A stretch of 63,276 nucleotides of DNA, the filler included, from Circinaria calcarea (Eukaryota): assembly GCA_051942165.1 (NCBI GenBank). It is 18 parts of 18 records of this genome, joined end to end, with 100 filler letters (N's around TTAATTAATTAA, not from the genome) between each part and the next. Parts side by side here need not be neighbours in the genome. Positions count along the whole stretch, not along the records: positions 59,868 to 63,276 come from JAVECS010002850.1; 17 more parts are not named here. One strand, 5' to 3'. Numbering within the stretch: the first letter of the stretch is position 1; the number at the start of each line of letters is the position of its first letter. This document shows positions 62,046 through 63,276 of this stretch, in pieces. The notes under the pieces are model-generated. The model ran no database searches, had not been told where the DNA came from, and was given only the letters and a program-made list of their open reading frames with translations. A program made the position numbers and the translations under genes.

Positions 62046-63276
62046 CGTAAGTAAGACATGGACTAATAGTAATCGAGTTGTCAATGAGGTTCGAAGTCAA
62101 CTACTTGCTGTTCTCTTTGCATGTTCGTGTCACTGGTGAATTAGGGCGTTTCGCTAGTTTTGTGAGGAGCTTGTTGTGCTGGCACTGATACCCTAAGCTT
62201 GATATCGTAAGGTCCAGGTGGCAGGCATACCATGCTCGCGCAGGATCCATCCCTACGTACTCTGTATTGGACATTAGCGGGAGTTTCGACCAATCCCGGT
62301 ATATCTAATACCGCTGTATAAATTCTTAGCAAAATGATTAATCATCTGGAGGGTATCCTCCGCTATATATTCCAGCTTCTTCTATAGAAATAACCTGTCG
62401 TCTATGATGATTGCCAAAGAACCACGCTGAAATTTCTTATGCCTGCGACCACCGTCGAATTTAAAGCGTTTCGCTGAATTCCGTAAAAAGTTAGCTATGT
62501 AGCAGCAGCCCGGCACCGAGACCCTAAACTAAATATCGTGAAGTCCAAGCGGCAGGCTACTTAAAATCCACAGCCTTATATTACTCAGAAAAGGACCATT
62601 TAATTAGCAGAAAGCTACTATCGAACTTGGCACCATGCACGTGAGCTCATGAGTTCGGGCCCGAGAATTCACTTTCGCGTCACGTTGTGGAGCTTAGTCA
62701 GCACCTGCAGTATTTAGTCTTCCCCCCACCACTTAGACTTAGCAACACACCAATCAACCAAGTTACCCTCCATAGTACAGTCCCTCTCTCCATAGGGTTA
62801 TAACGTACATAAAAGCATTGTTTTCTGCCTCCCAAATCCATAGACTTTTCATAGATTCCGGAACTGAACACAAATAGCACTCGAATCACTATATATGAAC
62901 TGCCTCACATACTGCATTGTGCACACGTAATAGAGACGTGATTCAGTGCCTACTTATTACGCTTTATCGAGTATCTACAAACCTCGAAAAGTTCGACAGC
63001 TACTTTGAAATCGACCGACCAAAAAAATAAAAATTTAATAAGGCTGACCTGGGGATGACTACAAAAACAATATCTCATGGGGCTAACCTGGGGATTGAAT
63101 ATTCTCTATAAATATATTAACTAGGATTAATCACCTGCCTAGTTTTCGATGCAGATTTTATTAATATCTAACACATAAGTTGAATGTAGTACGGTGAGTG
63201 CTACTACACGACCTGTTGGTGGAACCACTATGGCATTGAAGGTTATCTAACTAGCTACGCTGTGTGTGCGATATGT

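Overview
This is intron-containing DNA from a filamentous ascomycete (Pezizomycotina-type genes with GT-AG introns and CTRAC/CTAAT branch sites). It is not one continuous locus. It is 18 unrelated contigs of about 3.4 kb, sorted by size and joined by 17 artificial 100-bp linkers (N44-TTAATTAATTAA-N44), so gene order across linkers is meaningless and many genes are cut at contig ends. Recognisable genes are NDR kinase cot-1/CBK1, transketolase, a GNAT fragment, an RRM protein, two Ser/Thr-rich GPI-anchored proteins, a PHD-finger protein, exonuclease V, an ankyrin protein, a DHA2-type MFS transporter, a Tri101/BAHD-like transferase, a promethin-like protein, LSM7, an IFI6/27-like protein with an 18-bp minisatellite, two F-box-like proteins, a SPRY protein, SIT4/PP6 phosphatase divergent from UPF3, and a TFB6-like gene. 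The most notable feature is a 5'-truncated, RIP-damaged copy of the cellular (non-retroelement) reverse transcriptase gene rvt at about 46030-48175. Also notable are two solo LTRs of one family with 5-bp target-site duplications and a perfect 80-bp palindrome bounded by TTAA. All family assignments come from recognising motifs by eye, with no database search.
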